64,000 bases of DNA from Candidatus Hermodarchaeota archaeon (GCA_016839805.1 JAEOTO010000032.1:64001-128000); one strand, 5' to 3'; positions 10,373 through 20,647 are shown, numbered from the stretch's first letter. Program-made: numbers and translations. The notes: generated from the letters alone by a model not told the origin.

Positions 10373-10996
10373 ATGGCAAAATGGAAAAAGGACGAAGCAT
10401 ATCGCAAACGTGCACGAGAAGCAGGATATCGATCGCGAGCAGCCTTTAAATTATTAGAAATCGAAGAGCAGTTTTCAATCTTTAAACATGCTAAGCGAAT
10501 TGTAGATTTTTGTAGTGCCCCCGGTTCATGGCTACAGGTGATAAAGGAATGTTGTAAAATACCTGATTGTTCCATCGTTGGCATTGATATTAATTACATC
10601 AAACCGCTTTCAGGAGTTCATTTAATTCGAAGTTCCATCGATGATCCTAAGCTAAAATTCCAAATATTGGAACTACTTCAAAAACCTGCCAACTTGGTTC
10701 TCAGTGATTGCTCTCCAAAACTAACAGGTAGTAAGGCCGTTGACAAAGAACGCCAGCTTTGGCAGGCTAAAATGAGTTTACATCTTGCTTTACAACTTCT
10801 AGAAAAGGATGGGCACTTCGTAACTAAAATATTTCAATCAGGTGAGTTTCGAGACTTCATCACCCACGTTAAGCAATATTTTAATGTTGTAAAAACCTTC
10901 AAGCCAAACTCATCATTTCAACGAAGTCCAGAAATGTACGTAATTGCAAAATACTTTCAGGGCGTAGTAAATCTAATTAATCAAGACGCTCTTTAA
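10373..10996 (+). CDS. rlmE: 23S rRNA 2'-O-methyltransferase RlmE/FtsJ
   Basis: GYRSRAAFKL, APGSW, VLSD..P, KIFQ, KP.SS...S.E.Y; ATG 10373 preferred over TTG 10355. Confidence 0.93.
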   Translation: MAKWKKDEAYRKRAREAGYRSRAAFKLLEIEEQFSIFKHAKRIVDFCSAPGSWLQVIKECCKIPDCSIVGIDINYIKPLSGVHLIRSSIDDPKLKFQILELLQKPANLVLSDCSPKLTGSKAVDKERQLWQAKMSLHLALQLLEKDGHFVTKIFQSGEFRDFITHVKQYFNVVKTFKPNSSFQRSPEMYVIAKYFQGVVNLINQDAL

Positions 10997-11306
10997 TCCA
11001 ATTATTTAATTTATCACATACCCAAGGACTTGTAGGTTGACCAGCACCACACTGATCAATATCAGGACATACAAAACAAGGACAGCCTTGAAGCGTATCC
11101 CATTCAGAGACTTCTTGCCAAATTACACGAATCACTGATTTTCCATCGTGATTCTCTTCAATTTTTTTCACTTTTCCATTTTGACTTAATGATTCGATAA
11201 TTTTGAGAACGGATTTTTCAGTTTGATCCATTTGCTGAGCTAACTCGGCAAGAAGTATGCCCTGCTTCCCTGCTCCTCGAAGGAGTTCGATGGTACTAGA
11301 TTCCAT
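10977..11306 (-). CDS. TFEbeta / Rpc34(RPC39)-like protein (winged helix + Fe-S cluster)
   Basis: N-terminal WH, then CPCFVCPDIDQC...SPWVCDKLNNW Cys cluster; directly downstream of tfb; ATG at 11306. Confidence 0.85.
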   Translation of the reverse strand: MESSTIELLRGAGKQGILLAELAQQMDQTEKSVLKIIESLSQNGKVKKIEENHDGKSVIRVIWQEVSEWDTLQGCPCFVCPDIDQCGAGQPTSPWVCDKLNNWIKERLD

Positions 11307-11407
11307 GGCATCACTAAAAAAGCGGTTTCGCGAGATAAAAAGTCTTTCAAGCAGCAATGAAAAAAGAAGGGAGAAAGGGCGACACAAATCGCCCTCTAAA
11401 TTTCCCG

Positions 11408-12337
11408 TTAGAGTGGAACTTCGAGATCAAGTTTTTCAACTAATTCTTTGTATCGGTTACGAACTGTAACTTCGGTGACTCGTGCTACAGCAGCTACTTC
11501 TCTTTGTGTTCTGCGAGAGTTTGCTAGCACGCTAGCAACATAGATTGCCGCAGCAGCCACCCCCGTTGGTCCACGTCCGCTTGTTAGACCTTTGTTAGCA
11601 GCCATTTTGAGAATTGAAATTGCCTGGACTTGGACTTCACCAAGTAATTTCAGTTCACTAATGAACCGCGGTACATAGTCAATGGGAGAGGTTGGTGGAA
11701 TTGAGAGTCGAAGTTCTCTAGCAATAAATCGGTAACTTCGACCAATCTCTTTCTTACCAACTCGTGAGACTTCAGCAACTTCGTCTAAGGTTCGAGGAAT
11801 TCTTGATTGACGACAAGCTGCATAAAGAGCTGCAGCAGCAACACCCTCAATTGAACGGCCACGAATTAATCGTTGTTCAACTGCTCTACGATAAAGCATT
11901 GCAGCGATTTCTCGAACATTTCGTGGTAGGCCTAGACTAGAAGCCATACGATCGAGTTCTGAGAGAGCGTATGCCAGATTACGTTCTGTTGCGTCAGATA
12001 CCCGGATTCGACGTTGCCATTTTCGTAACCTATAGATTTGAGCTCGCCGTTTGGGAGCCAGATCTTTACCATAGCTATCACGATTCCGCCAGTCAATCAT
12101 AGTAGAAAGACCTTTGTCGTGAATAGTAAAGGTAAGCGGAGCCCCAACACGTGCACGTTTGTCACGTTGTTCTTGATCAAAGGCCCGCCACTCTGGGCCT
12201 TCATCGATTATTCGATCAGTGAGTACGAGTCCGCAGTTCATGCAGATAATTTCAGCTCTCGAATAGTCCTTCACTAAACGGGTAGTACCACAGTCAGGAC
12301 AGTGAGCGAGTGCAGTTGCACTTACTTCTTTCGTCGT
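11408..12337 (-). CDS. tfb: Transcription initiation factor TFB; start probably a non-canonical ACG
   Basis: Zn ribbon CPDCG...CMNCG, GPEWRAF, HDKGLST, two cyclin repeats ([20 protein letters not shown]). The first CxxC lies upstream of the first canonical start (GTG 12274); GGAGG lies 9 nt before ACG 12337. Confidence 0.95.
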   Translation of the reverse strand, partial: TTKEVSATALAHCPDCGTTRLVKDYSRAEIICMNCGLVLTDRIIDEGPEWRAFDQEQRDKRARVGAPLTFTIHDKGLSTMIDWRNRDSYGKDLAPKRRAQIYRLRKWQRRIRVSDATERNLAYALSELDRMASSLGLPRNVREIAAMLYRRAVEQRLIRGRSIEGVAAAALYAACRQSRIPRTLDEVAEVSRVGKKEIGRSYRFIARELRLSIPPTSPIDYVPRFISELKLLGEVQVQAISILKMAANKGLTSGRGPTGVAAAAIYVASVLANSRRTQREVAAVARVTEVTVRNRYKELVEKLDLEVPL

Positions 12338-12588
12338 TTCCCTACGCCTCCTTTGGGAACCTTCTTCATAAAGAGAGTTGTCCCAGGAGGTACTATAGTG
12401 TCGGTAATTTTGGTTTCAGGTTTCACAGCAGCAAACGGTTGAATAGTTGGCCCAAAGATATCAATAACTCTTCCAACAAGTATTGATTTAGAAGAGAAAA
12501 CGCGTGTTCCTAGTTGTGTCGCTTGATTTAGACGCGCAATGATGTGTCCTTGCGCGGAAAAATGTAAAACGTGACCAATTCCTTGCAG
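12322..12588 (-). CDS. gar1: H/ACA RNP subunit Gar1; CTG start
   Basis: Not in ORF track. (L)[18 protein letters not shown]...[20 protein letters not shown]...KRRKK*. G.V.DIFGP..P is the Gar1 motif; gar1-tfb order is conserved in archaea. Confidence 0.88.
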   Translation of the reverse strand: MQGIGHVLHFSAQGHIIARLNQATQLGTRVFSSKSILVGRVIDIFGPTIQPFAAVKPETKITDTIVPPGTTLFMKKVPKGGVGKRRKK

Positions 12589-12785
12589 CAGATCGACTCC
12601 TGGGAAGGCTGGAAATGGGTCGTGGGAGGGAATTAGAAGGTGAGAAACAGACCGTCACTTAAAAACGTTTTCCTGCTTTTCTGCACCGAAAAGTTGTCGT
12701 ATGTAACCTCTTCACGAAGATACGCCTTAACTGGTCTTGATTTGGGATTTTTCTCACTTCTTAGCTAAAATTTCATGTTAAGAGC

Positions 12786-13088
12786 CTACTTCACGCCAGC
12801 AGCTTTCAGTGTTTTCATTACTTTCGCTAATTCTTTGAGGAGTTGTGTTTTTGACATATCGGGCTGTTTTTTGATAAGGACAACGCCAGCAGTAGTCCAC
12901 CAGCTTGATGGGTATCTCACATGGGATTCAACCTTATATTCCAGGCTTAGACGTTGAGCGGCTTTTGCGATTATTCCTGTGTTGACAGTTGGGAGTGCTA
13001 ATTTTTTTGGAACTCGGCGTCCTGATTGGCGAGTTCGATTTGCTTCGAAGTATGCGGGATAAATGTAGTAGTTGCCTGACTTACGCAT
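12786..13088 (-). CDS. srp19: Signal recognition particle protein SRP19
   Basis: IYPAYF...TR..GRRVPK.LA, YP..WW...G.V, K..LLK.LA. Confidence 0.95.
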   Translation of the reverse strand: MRKSGNYYIYPAYFEANRTRQSGRRVPKKLALPTVNTGIIAKAAQRLSLEYKVESHVRYPSSWWTTAGVVLIKKQPDMSKTQLLKELAKVMKTLKAAGVK

Positions 13089-13187
13089 TCTCAATCGCTT
13101 CACTAAAAATAATTAGACCACAAAAAGGTTTGCGTAGTTAGGAAGGTAGCAAGTTTGAAAAAGGCTTATAGAGGCTGTTAAAGTGTC

Positions 13188-13568
13188 ATGCATGAATTTT
13201 CAACGGCTGTTAGCATCATTGAAGCTGTTAAACGAGCTGCAAAAGATTACGGAGCAACCAGGGTAACTGGTATAACTATCCAAATCGGGAAGTTATCAAT
13301 GTTGAACCATGATCAGTTACTATTTGGTTTAGAAATCGCAGCTAAGGATTCTGTTGCAGAAGGAGCGAAGATTACTATCGAGCCATTATCAATTAAAATC
13401 AGGTGTAACCAATGTGCAACTGAGTCGGTTGTGAGCCAGGAAGGAGCCCTTTATGAAGTGCTTTCCTCATTAACATGTCCGAAATGTAATGCGAGAGACA
13501 TCAATGTCATTCAAGGTCGAGAATGTGTAGTCAAAGACATCCAAGCGGTAATTGGTGACGAAAGTTAA
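13188..13568 (+). CDS. hypA: Hydrogenase maturation nickel metallochaperone HypA
   Basis: MHEFS, G.LS, CNQC, CPKC, GRE. Confidence 0.95.
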   Translation: MHEFSTAVSIIEAVKRAAKDYGATRVTGITIQIGKLSMLNHDQLLFGLEIAAKDSVAEGAKITIEPLSIKIRCNQCATESVVSQEGALYEVLSSLTCPKCNARDINVIQGRECVVKDIQAVIGDES

Positions 13569-13575
13569 GTTGTTT

Positions 13576-13956
13576 CTATTCAACTTTTACAGCATTAATC
13601 ACGCCACTCTGTCCAGGTCGACTCGTCACCACAGCCTTACCTTTCTCTGTCTCAATAATGGCGCCTTTAGTGATAATACCACGGCGATTAAAATCAACAT
13701 CAGCAGGGTTTTCGAGTATTTGAATAATTTTTACTTTTTCAGATTGTCCTGTTGCCCTATCAGTGACATTAACAAAAGAAGCAGCGAGTAAGCGAGATTT
13801 GAAATTTCCTCCCAATGACCGTTTAATACGGAGTTTCTTTTCACCCATGATAGTTTCGGTAGCTTGGCTACCCCTTTCGTATTTTCGATGTTTACGTGAA
13901 TTGCGGCGACGAGCACCACTGGGATACCGTTTTGATCTACCTTGCCATAGCGGCAT
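13576..13956 (-). CDS. rps8e: 30S ribosomal protein eS8
   Basis: WQGRS.R...G, RKYE.G, R..GGN.K, IITKGAIIET, VTSRPGQ.G.INA. Confidence 0.98.
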   Translation of the reverse strand: MPLWQGRSKRYPSGARRRNSRKHRKYERGSQATETIMGEKKLRIKRSLGGNFKSRLLAASFVNVTDRATGQSEKVKIIQILENPADVDFNRRGIITKGAIIETEKGKAVVTSRPGQSGVINAVKVE

Positions 13957-14076
13957 ATTCTTAACCTCGGTTTGAGACGAGACTCCGTCAATGAGCTATA
14001 AAGATTTCGCCATATCCGATAATGGCAAACACTTTAGGTACATCAGATTTGAGACACCTTAAGAGTAAACTAGGTT

Positions 14077-15117
14077 GTGATACCAGTGAACCCTGATAAG
14101 ACCCTTGTTGAGTTAGCCCATGGAGCTGGTGGTCGTGCGATGAACCAGTTCCTTAGAGAAATTATTTTTCCACATTTTTCGCTTAACCGATTCAAGCAGG
14201 GAATTGGATTACCTGAAGCAGATGATGGAGCAACAATGCCGTTTGACGGAAGTGAGATGGTAATTTCTACGGATAGCCATACGGTTTCTCCATTATTTTT
14301 CCCTGGTGGCGATATTGGCAAGCTTGCCGCGGCAGGAACGATTAATGATATAACCATGATGGGAGCCCGACCCTTGGTCATGACAAGTGCCTTAGTGATT
14401 GAGGAAGGATTTCCTATTAGTGACCTAGAGAAAATTCTTGCATCATTAGCTGATACTGCGGCAGAGGATCAAGTTGCTGTGATCGCTGGCGATACTAAGG
14501 TAATGCCTAGGGGAGGGTTGGACCAATTAATTATGTGCACAACAGGAATCGGTCTAGCAGAGAAGGGAAAGGTTATCGTTGATAGCGGTGCACAAATCGG
14601 TGATAAAATCATTATGACTGGAACTATAGGTGATCACGGAATCGCTCTCTTAGCTAATCGTGAGGGGCTTTCTTTTGAAACCGATTTGGTTTCTGATGTT
14701 GCACCCCTGTGGTCCTTAGTCCAACCTGCTCTAAAAATTGGAGGAATTCATGCCATGAAAGATCCAACACGGGGCGGTCTTGCAGCAGCTTTGAATGATA
14801 TTGCCAAAAAATCAGGAGTAGGAATTTGGATTAATGAGAACAATTTACCATTTCAGAGAGAAGTATTAGCCGCAAGTCAGATGCTTGGTCTTGACCCATT
14901 ACAGGTCACTTGTGAGGGGAAGGCATTGATTAGTGTAGCAAAGGAAAAAGCTGATGCGGTATTACACGCAATTCGAAAGACAAAGTATGGCAAATCAGCA
15001 CAAGTTATCGGAGAAGTGAAAAAAGAGCAGCAAGGGCTTGTGATCATGAAAACTGAAGTGGGTGGTTCACGTGTTATTCAACATCCTTGGGCAGAGGCCA
15101 TTCCACGTGTTTGTTAA
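14077..15117 (+). CDS. hypE: Hydrogenase maturation carbamoyl dehydratase HypE
   Basis: LAHGAGG, TDSHTV.PLFFPGGDIG, GDTKV, KDPTRGG, C-terminal PRVC. Confidence 0.97.
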   Translation: MIPVNPDKTLVELAHGAGGRAMNQFLREIIFPHFSLNRFKQGIGLPEADDGATMPFDGSEMVISTDSHTVSPLFFPGGDIGKLAAAGTINDITMMGARPLVMTSALVIEEGFPISDLEKILASLADTAAEDQVAVIAGDTKVMPRGGLDQLIMCTTGIGLAEKGKVIVDSGAQIGDKIIMTGTIGDHGIALLANREGLSFETDLVSDVAPLWSLVQPALKIGGIHAMKDPTRGGLAAALNDIAKKSGVGIWINENNLPFQREVLAASQMLGLDPLQVTCEGKALISVAKEKADAVLHAIRKTKYGKSAQVIGEVKKEQQGLVIMKTEVGGSRVIQHPWAEAIPRVC

Positions 15118-15141
15118 TTTTACGGAGTTTTGGGCTCATTA

Positions 15142-15615
15142 TTATAGAATTTGTACGAAGGTTTCTCCGAAAATTTGATCAATTTGCTCACTTAAATCTG
15201 GGGCACATATTGCAGCGGGTTGTGGTTTGTCAAGCTTGCCACTATATTTGGTTAAAAATAATTGCGTAATACGTTTAGCAACTTTTTCAATCATGATTGG
15301 ATTGAAGTTTTTTTCACTACAAATAACAAGTAACCCATGATGTAACGGATGAAATGTATATTGACAAGGCTCTGTTGTAACAGTCTCTATTTGACCATCA
15401 GTCACTTCTTTTGCGAAGAGTGATAGGGCAATAAAAAATCCGCCAAGTATCGCTGGATCGGGTTGATCATTATCTTTCTTGAAAATCCGATAGAAAAAGG
15501 GACAACCGGACTCTCGAAGAATGAATAGTGAATAGATCCCATTTAGCAGGACGTTTTCGGATGTTTCCCTTTCAGAAGTAGAATGTAAGAGGGATGGTCG
15601 GGTGAATCGTGCCAC
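15142..15615 (-). CDS. Longin-like (longin/roadblock superfamily) domain protein
   Basis: I.SLFIL..SG.PFFYR.F...DP.ILGGFF.ALS.FAKEV...IE pattern typical of Asgard longin-like proteins. Confidence 0.7.
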   Translation of the reverse strand: MARFTRPSLLHSTSERETSENVLLNGIYSLFILRESGCPFFYRIFKKDNDQPDPAILGGFFIALSLFAKEVTDGQIETVTTEPCQYTFHPLHHGLLVICSEKNFNPIMIEKVAKRITQLFLTKYSGKLDKPQPAAICAPDLSEQIDQIFGETFVQIL

Positions 15616-15725
15616 ACTAGGAGCCTCGTTTCTTTTTAACTCTCATTTGATTGATAGAACCAGATATAAACTCGTAGAGTGAGAGAAGAAAAACTTCAGC
15701 ATGTAAGCAGTTGTATTAATTTCAT

Positions 15726-16277
15726 TTACAGATTCTTAGAAGCAGCGGCTAATTCTGATTGCTCAATTCGGATTTGCCGAACCATTCTCTTTAATTGCCC
15801 TTTGAGTTTGTCGATATCATAATCGAATCCAAAATAATCTGCGAACATTTCAGTTGTAGAGAGTTCCTTTGTACGTCCAAACGGGATAGCCTCGATAAAC
15901 CCATGTGCTTCTAAGTTTTTTATGTGCTTGTAGCTATGAGATCCACGGTACAAGACCACATTTGATTGAAGAATGGGCTGTGAAAGAGCGATATATATGA
16001 GAGTTTTTAGTTCTCCTAAAGCGAGAAGCCCCTGCGGAGCCAGTTCTCCAACTTGTTCACTTAATTGAGGATCTAATTGCAGTACGAAACGTTGGCGAGG
16101 AAGACGTACAATTTCAAGAGCCCCTGATCGCCCTGAATAGTCTTCGATAAGCCGTTGTACAACATCGCGTACTTTTTTTAATGTGGGAATTTGTGTGACT
16201 TTCTGGATATCATGAATTGTGAGAGGGCGTCCCGAGATATAGAGTGCAGCTTCAACCAAACGTGTTTCCTTATCCAC
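15726..16277 (-). CDS. scpB: Segregation/condensation protein ScpB
   Basis: VEAALY..G.P, L.TL..IA..QP, RG..SY.HIK.L...GFI, GRT...TT..FADYFG. Confidence 0.95.
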   Translation of the reverse strand: MDKETRLVEAALYISGRPLTIHDIQKVTQIPTLKKVRDVVQRLIEDYSGRSGALEIVRLPRQRFVLQLDPQLSEQVGELAPQGLLALGELKTLIYIALSQPILQSNVVLYRGSHSYKHIKNLEAHGFIEAIPFGRTKELSTTEMFADYFGFDYDIDKLKGQLKRMVRQIRIEQSELAAASKNL

Positions 16278-16959
16278 CCACCATGCCCTCCTCGTTGGTG
16301 GGCTTTTGAACCCAAATCATTATGTCTCCATATTGCTGATCTTGGGTGATACGTACCTTTCCTTCGCTCATCAGATATAACAGGCTTAGAAATACGCGAA
16401 TTATTTTAATAATTGGCATTCTTCGAACATAATCAAAAAATGAGATAGGAGTGCCATCATGAGCAGTATCACATAATTGGGCGTATAGTTGTTTCATTGA
16501 CTTAGTTAGTTCAACATGCGTGATATCTAGTTGTGGAATTAGTGAAGGAATGATAGCGCTTTTTTTGCGCTTTCGTAAATACCTCTTTGGTGGATAAATC
16601 AACTCACGGAGGGCTTCAACGAATTCGGCTGAGGATGTAGGTCGAATTCGTTGCCGAAAGGGAGGACGTATTGGTGGGAGGAATATATCTTCCTCGATTA
16701 CCCGGATGATTTCTTCTTCCTCTCTGCCAAATTCGAGTAAATACTCAGTTTTCAAACGGAGAAGGATAGCAGCGGAAAGAAGCGCACGTCCACAAATACG
16801 AAAATCAATGTATTCCTCAGTAAGCAAACGTCCAATAAATCCATTGACAAGCTCAGCTAAGTCGAGTTCCCAGGGACTTATCCTCTGTAATTCGAGGATA
16901 TCAGTAAGGACTCTCCATGGTTGATGGAACCAAAATGGCTCTGAGCTACTTTCTGTCAC
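16270..16959 (-). CDS. scpA: Kleisin ScpA
   Basis: I.PWELDL, GRALL.AAILLRLK, C-terminal FL.LLYL..EGKV...Q...YGDI. Confidence 0.92.
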   Translation of the reverse strand: MTESSSEPFWFHQPWRVLTDILELQRISPWELDLAELVNGFIGRLLTEEYIDFRICGRALLSAAILLRLKTEYLLEFGREEEEIIRVIEEDIFLPPIRPPFRQRIRPTSSAEFVEALRELIYPPKRYLRKRKKSAIIPSLIPQLDITHVELTKSMKQLYAQLCDTAHDGTPISFFDYVRRMPIIKIIRVFLSLLYLMSEGKVRITQDQQYGDIMIWVQKPTNEEGMVGG

Positions 16960-17089
16960 CAGTGACTCTTCTCCGACGAATAAATCGAGGTTTCAGTTTA
17001 GGGTTATGTGGGGATTGCATACCTAATAAAATGATGTATTATCAACTCTAGAAGATAACCTGCTTGGGTTCTTCATGAATTTCTGTGAT

Positions 17090-20000
17090 TTAGGTTTTTC
17101 CTTCAATCATTAGCAAACCTTCTTCGAATTTCACAGAAAAGACCTGTGATATACCATCTACCATAGCCACACCCAAGAGGGTCTGTGCCAGTCTTATCGT
17201 GATTTCGTTATGAGAGATTATTATAAACTGAGAGTTTTGAGAGAGATTTTCAATAAGTTTTGCGACTCGGTCGGCATTGTTGGGATCAAGTGCCTCATCG
17301 ATTTCGTCAAGGAAGTAGAAAGGTGCAGGTTGATGGAGCTGCAGTGCAAACATGAAGGTTAAGGCCGTGAGGGCTTTTTCTCCACCAGATAATGCATCAA
17401 GATATTGAATGCGTTTTCCAGCTGGCCGCACGCGCATTCGTATCCCACCAAGAAAGGGGTTTTCTGCGTTTTCCAACTCAAGTTGGCCTTCACCATTGGT
17501 GAGTTGTTGGTATACATCAGTGAAATTGTGTGAGATGCTATTAAAGGCGGTCATAAATACACGGAACTTTTCTTCCTCCGCTCTTCGCATTGCGTCAAGA
17601 ATAGCCTCCCGTTCCTCTCGGATTCGACGTTCCTTTTCAAGGATTTCATCAAAGGCGTGACGAATTTCTTCAAAGCGTTCGACTGCTTTTTGGTTAATAA
17701 GACCAAGCTGTTCACGTTCTTGTTGTAGGTTGGATATTTGTCTTCGAATGCTATGCACAGTCGAGGGTTCAATGGGTATAGCGGGTGGTTCTAAATCACC
17801 AACCTTTTCCCTTTGAACTGTATAGCGTTCTTCCCATTGTTCTATCCGCCCTTCAATTTTAGATCGATCCATCTTTTCTTCATTGATTTTATCAAATAGA
17901 TCGTCGATCGTGACAGTTAATCGCCGGCTTTCTGCTTCACTTTCAGATATATGGTTTTCAAGATCATGTATCTGTTTCTCTAAATTCTCATTGATGGTTT
18001 CTAAGGAAGCCAATTCTAATTGACTTCGTTGGATTTCTTTTTCATTTAATTCAAGCTCGTTAGTCGTTTGTTCCAATTCACTTTTCGTATTAGCAAGATC
18101 GCCTGATAGTCTTGTAAATTCTATTTTTGCGTGTCTTGCTTCACCTGTTTTTTCCGTTAACTCTAGTTGAGTTTCACGGAGTTGAGATTCCAACTCGTCG
18201 AGCTCAGAACGAAGTTTAGTGAGATTGGGATCGAGACTACTTCGTTCTAAGTTAGAAAGGTTTTGCTGTAATTTTTCGCGTTTTCGCGCGAGTTCATCAA
18301 TTTCTAATTGCGTGGATTGTAGTTTTTCATCCAAAGTGATTTTGGCTTTTTCATCGCCTTTCAAGGATTCATGCAGTTTCGCAATACTTGATTTGAAAGT
18401 TTGAAGTTTTGCTTCTTGTTCGGTAACAACTTCATTTGCTTGATCTTTCCTAACTTGTAATTTTTCAGCAATTTTTTGCTTTTCACGAATTTGATCGACA
18501 AGTTGTGTAAGAGTTTCCTTCCTTTTGTTATATTCCCGTTCAGTTTTTGCTTGTAATGTACGTAACTCTTTGAGTTTTTTCTGTAACTCAGGAATTCGAG
18601 CCTCCTCTTCGAGAGTCAGCGATGAGATACCCTTGAAATAGCCTCCAGTAATGGTTCGATTTGGCTCTACCACATCGCCATCAATGGTAATTTTTCTAAT
18701 TCCCGGAGCGGTGATGTTTCGTGCAACCTTTAGGTCTTTAACAATTAGTGTACGACCAAACACAAATTCAAAAGCGGGGCGGTACTGTTCATCAAATGAG
18801 AGCAACTCCAGTGCATTTCCTACAACACCTTTTTGCTCCTTCTTGTAAGTGTAGGTATCTGTTTTGATAGAGCTGAGTGGAATGAAGGAAACCCGACCCA
18901 GGCGATTCTTTTTCAAATGCTCAATGCATTTAGTGGCAGTGTCTTCGTTATCCACGACCACGAAATCTAATCGACCTCCTCCTGCAACCTCAAGTGCAGT
19001 CGCATATTCAGTGGAAGTTTTTCCCAAGCGGCCTAAGGTTCCAAAAACTCCAGAAATTTTCCCATCATTAACATATTTCATGACCGCATCAGTTGCAGCC
19101 TTTCGTGTGAACCCATACTTTTTGAATTCACGAATTGTTTTTAATCGTGTTTGCGCTTCTAACAACTCTTCTTTAGAATCCTGAATGAGTTTTATCAGTT
19201 CTTCGTGACTATTCTGTTTTTCTAGAACCGATGTCTCGAGTTCTTCATGTTGTTTATTGAGGTTATTTACTTCTGATTGAACAGTCTGTAGTTCTTTTTC
19301 GATGCTTTGAAGATCGGTTTGTGCCTCTAGTAAACCGCGTTCTTGTTGGGGTAGGAACGTGTAACTTTCGTCAATTTGTAGTTTAAGGTTATTAATCCCT
19401 GTGTCAGAAACTCGGCTTAATGCTGAAATTTCACCAAGCTCGCTTCTCTTTTTCTCAATTGCATCAGTAAGTGTTAGAATTTGCTCTCTTAAAGAGAGAT
19501 ATTCTGTATCAGGTAAAGATATTTGATCTGAGAGTTCTGATAGGCGAGAACGAATTTGTGAAACTTGTTCTGAGAATGAAGTTTCTTGTGATTTGAGGGC
19601 CATAATTTCCGTTTCAAGATTTTTATTTTTTGATTTTTGATCAGCTTCTTGGGATTCAAGATGTGCAGCGCTTGAGGAAAGTAAGTCTATCTGTTTAGTA
19701 ATTTTGTCTGATGTTAGTTGCAATCCCTTCAAGATTTCACGGAGTCGGGTGGCTTCAATCTCTTTCTTGTGTAATTGTTGATCCAAATCCTTGATTTGTG
19801 TAGCTCCGTTTTGGATACTTTCTTCTAGTTCTAATTTCCGATTCTTTGCTTCTGTTCTTTGATTTTCTAATTCTTCGATTTTACTGGTAAAGGCTGCGTA
19901 TTCCTCTTTCATGTTATTCAATCGTTGTTCAATTCTTGCAAGTTCTGCGAAGACTAAATCCTTTTCCAAGTGAGCAAGTTTATCTGTTATTCCGCGCCAA

Positions 20001-20647
20001 CGAAGGGCATCTTTTCGATCCTTTTCAAGCCGAGTGTATTCTTGACGAATTTCCTCTGTCCGCATTTGTACCATTTTCAGGTTTTGATCGACTTTGACTA
20101 GTTCACTTTCGATTTGTTGTTTCTTCTCGTCAAAAACTGAAATACCAGCCACGCCTTCTACAACCTGTCGTATTTCCGTCGTTGTCATGCTAATAATATT
20201 AGCAAGTTCATTTTGCATCACGATATTGTGTCCTTCTGGATGTAATCCAGCTACGGCGATTGTGTCGAGCATTTCAGTCCGAGTAACTCGTTTGCCCCCT
20301 ATTCGATAGGAGCTTATGCCGCTCTCATCTACCTCTCTGCTAATAGTAACATCATCAGCATCTATTGGAAACTGCCGGTCTGTATTATCAAAAACTAGGT
20401 TTATCCGACATAATTTAGCAGGGGACTTTTCTATTCCGCCATTAAATAGTAGAGACGCAAAATTCTCCGCACGAAGTGACTTACTACTTAACCGCCCTAA
20501 TACAAAGCATACAGCATCTAAGATATTGCTTTTCCCACACCCATTTTCGCCAACAATAGCAGTAAAACCTGGGGTAAAGTTAATGCTGGTTTTTCGTGGA
20601 CTAAAACTTTTGAACCCTTGAATTGAAACTTGCCGAATGAAAGCCAC
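17090..20647 (-). CDS. smc: Chromosome segregation protein SMC
   Basis: GFKSF, Walker A GENGCGKSN, hinge GV.G.LG.L, long coiled coils, LSGGEK, LDEIDEALD, IISH. Confidence 0.98.
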   Translation of the reverse strand: MAFIRQVSIQGFKSFSPRKTSINFTPGFTAIVGENGCGKSNILDAVCFVLGRLSSKSLRAENFASLLFNGGIEKSPAKLCRINLVFDNTDRQFPIDADDVTISREVDESGISSYRIGGKRVTRTEMLDTIAVAGLHPEGHNIVMQNELANIISMTTTEIRQVVEGVAGISVFDEKKQQIESELVKVDQNLKMVQMRTEEIRQEYTRLEKDRKDALRWRGITDKLAHLEKDLVFAELARIEQRLNNMKEEYAAFTSKIEELENQRTEAKNRKLELEESIQNGATQIKDLDQQLHKKEIEATRLREILKGLQLTSDKITKQIDLLSSSAAHLESQEADQKSKNKNLETEIMALKSQETSFSEQVSQIRSRLSELSDQISLPDTEYLSLREQILTLTDAIEKKRSELGEISALSRVSDTGINNLKLQIDESYTFLPQQERGLLEAQTDLQSIEKELQTVQSEVNNLNKQHEELETSVLEKQNSHEELIKLIQDSKEELLEAQTRLKTIREFKKYGFTRKAATDAVMKYVNDGKISGVFGTLGRLGKTSTEYATALEVAGGGRLDFVVVDNEDTATKCIEHLKKNRLGRVSFIPLSSIKTDTYTYKKEQKGVVGNALELLSFDEQYRPAFEFVFGRTLIVKDLKVARNITAPGIRKITIDGDVVEPNRTITGGYFKGISSLTLEEEARIPELQKKLKELRTLQAKTEREYNKRKETLTQLVDQIREKQKIAEKLQVRKDQANEVVTEQEAKLQTFKSSIAKLHESLKGDEKAKITLDEKLQSTQLEIDELARKREKLQQNLSNLERSSLDPNLTKLRSELDELESQLRETQLELTEKTGEARHAKIEFTRLSGDLANTKSELEQTTNELELNEKEIQRSQLELASLETINENLEKQIHDLENHISESEAESRRLTVTIDDLFDKINEEKMDRSKIEGRIEQWEERYTVQREKVGDLEPPAIPIEPSTVHSIRRQISNLQQEREQLGLINQKAVERFEEIRHAFDEILEKERRIREEREAILDAMRRAEEEKFRVFMTAFNSISHNFTDVYQQLTNGEGQLELENAENPFLGGIRMRVRPAGKRIQYLDALSGGEKALTALTFMFALQLHQPAPFYFLDEIDEALDPNNADRVAKLIENLSQNSQFIIISHNEITIRLAQTLLGVAMVDGISQVFSVKFEEGLLMIEGKT

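Noticed and set aside
12600-14076. SRP (7S) RNA near srp19/rps8e
   Set aside because: Intergenic gaps are too short and lack the GC-rich helix 6/8 motifs.
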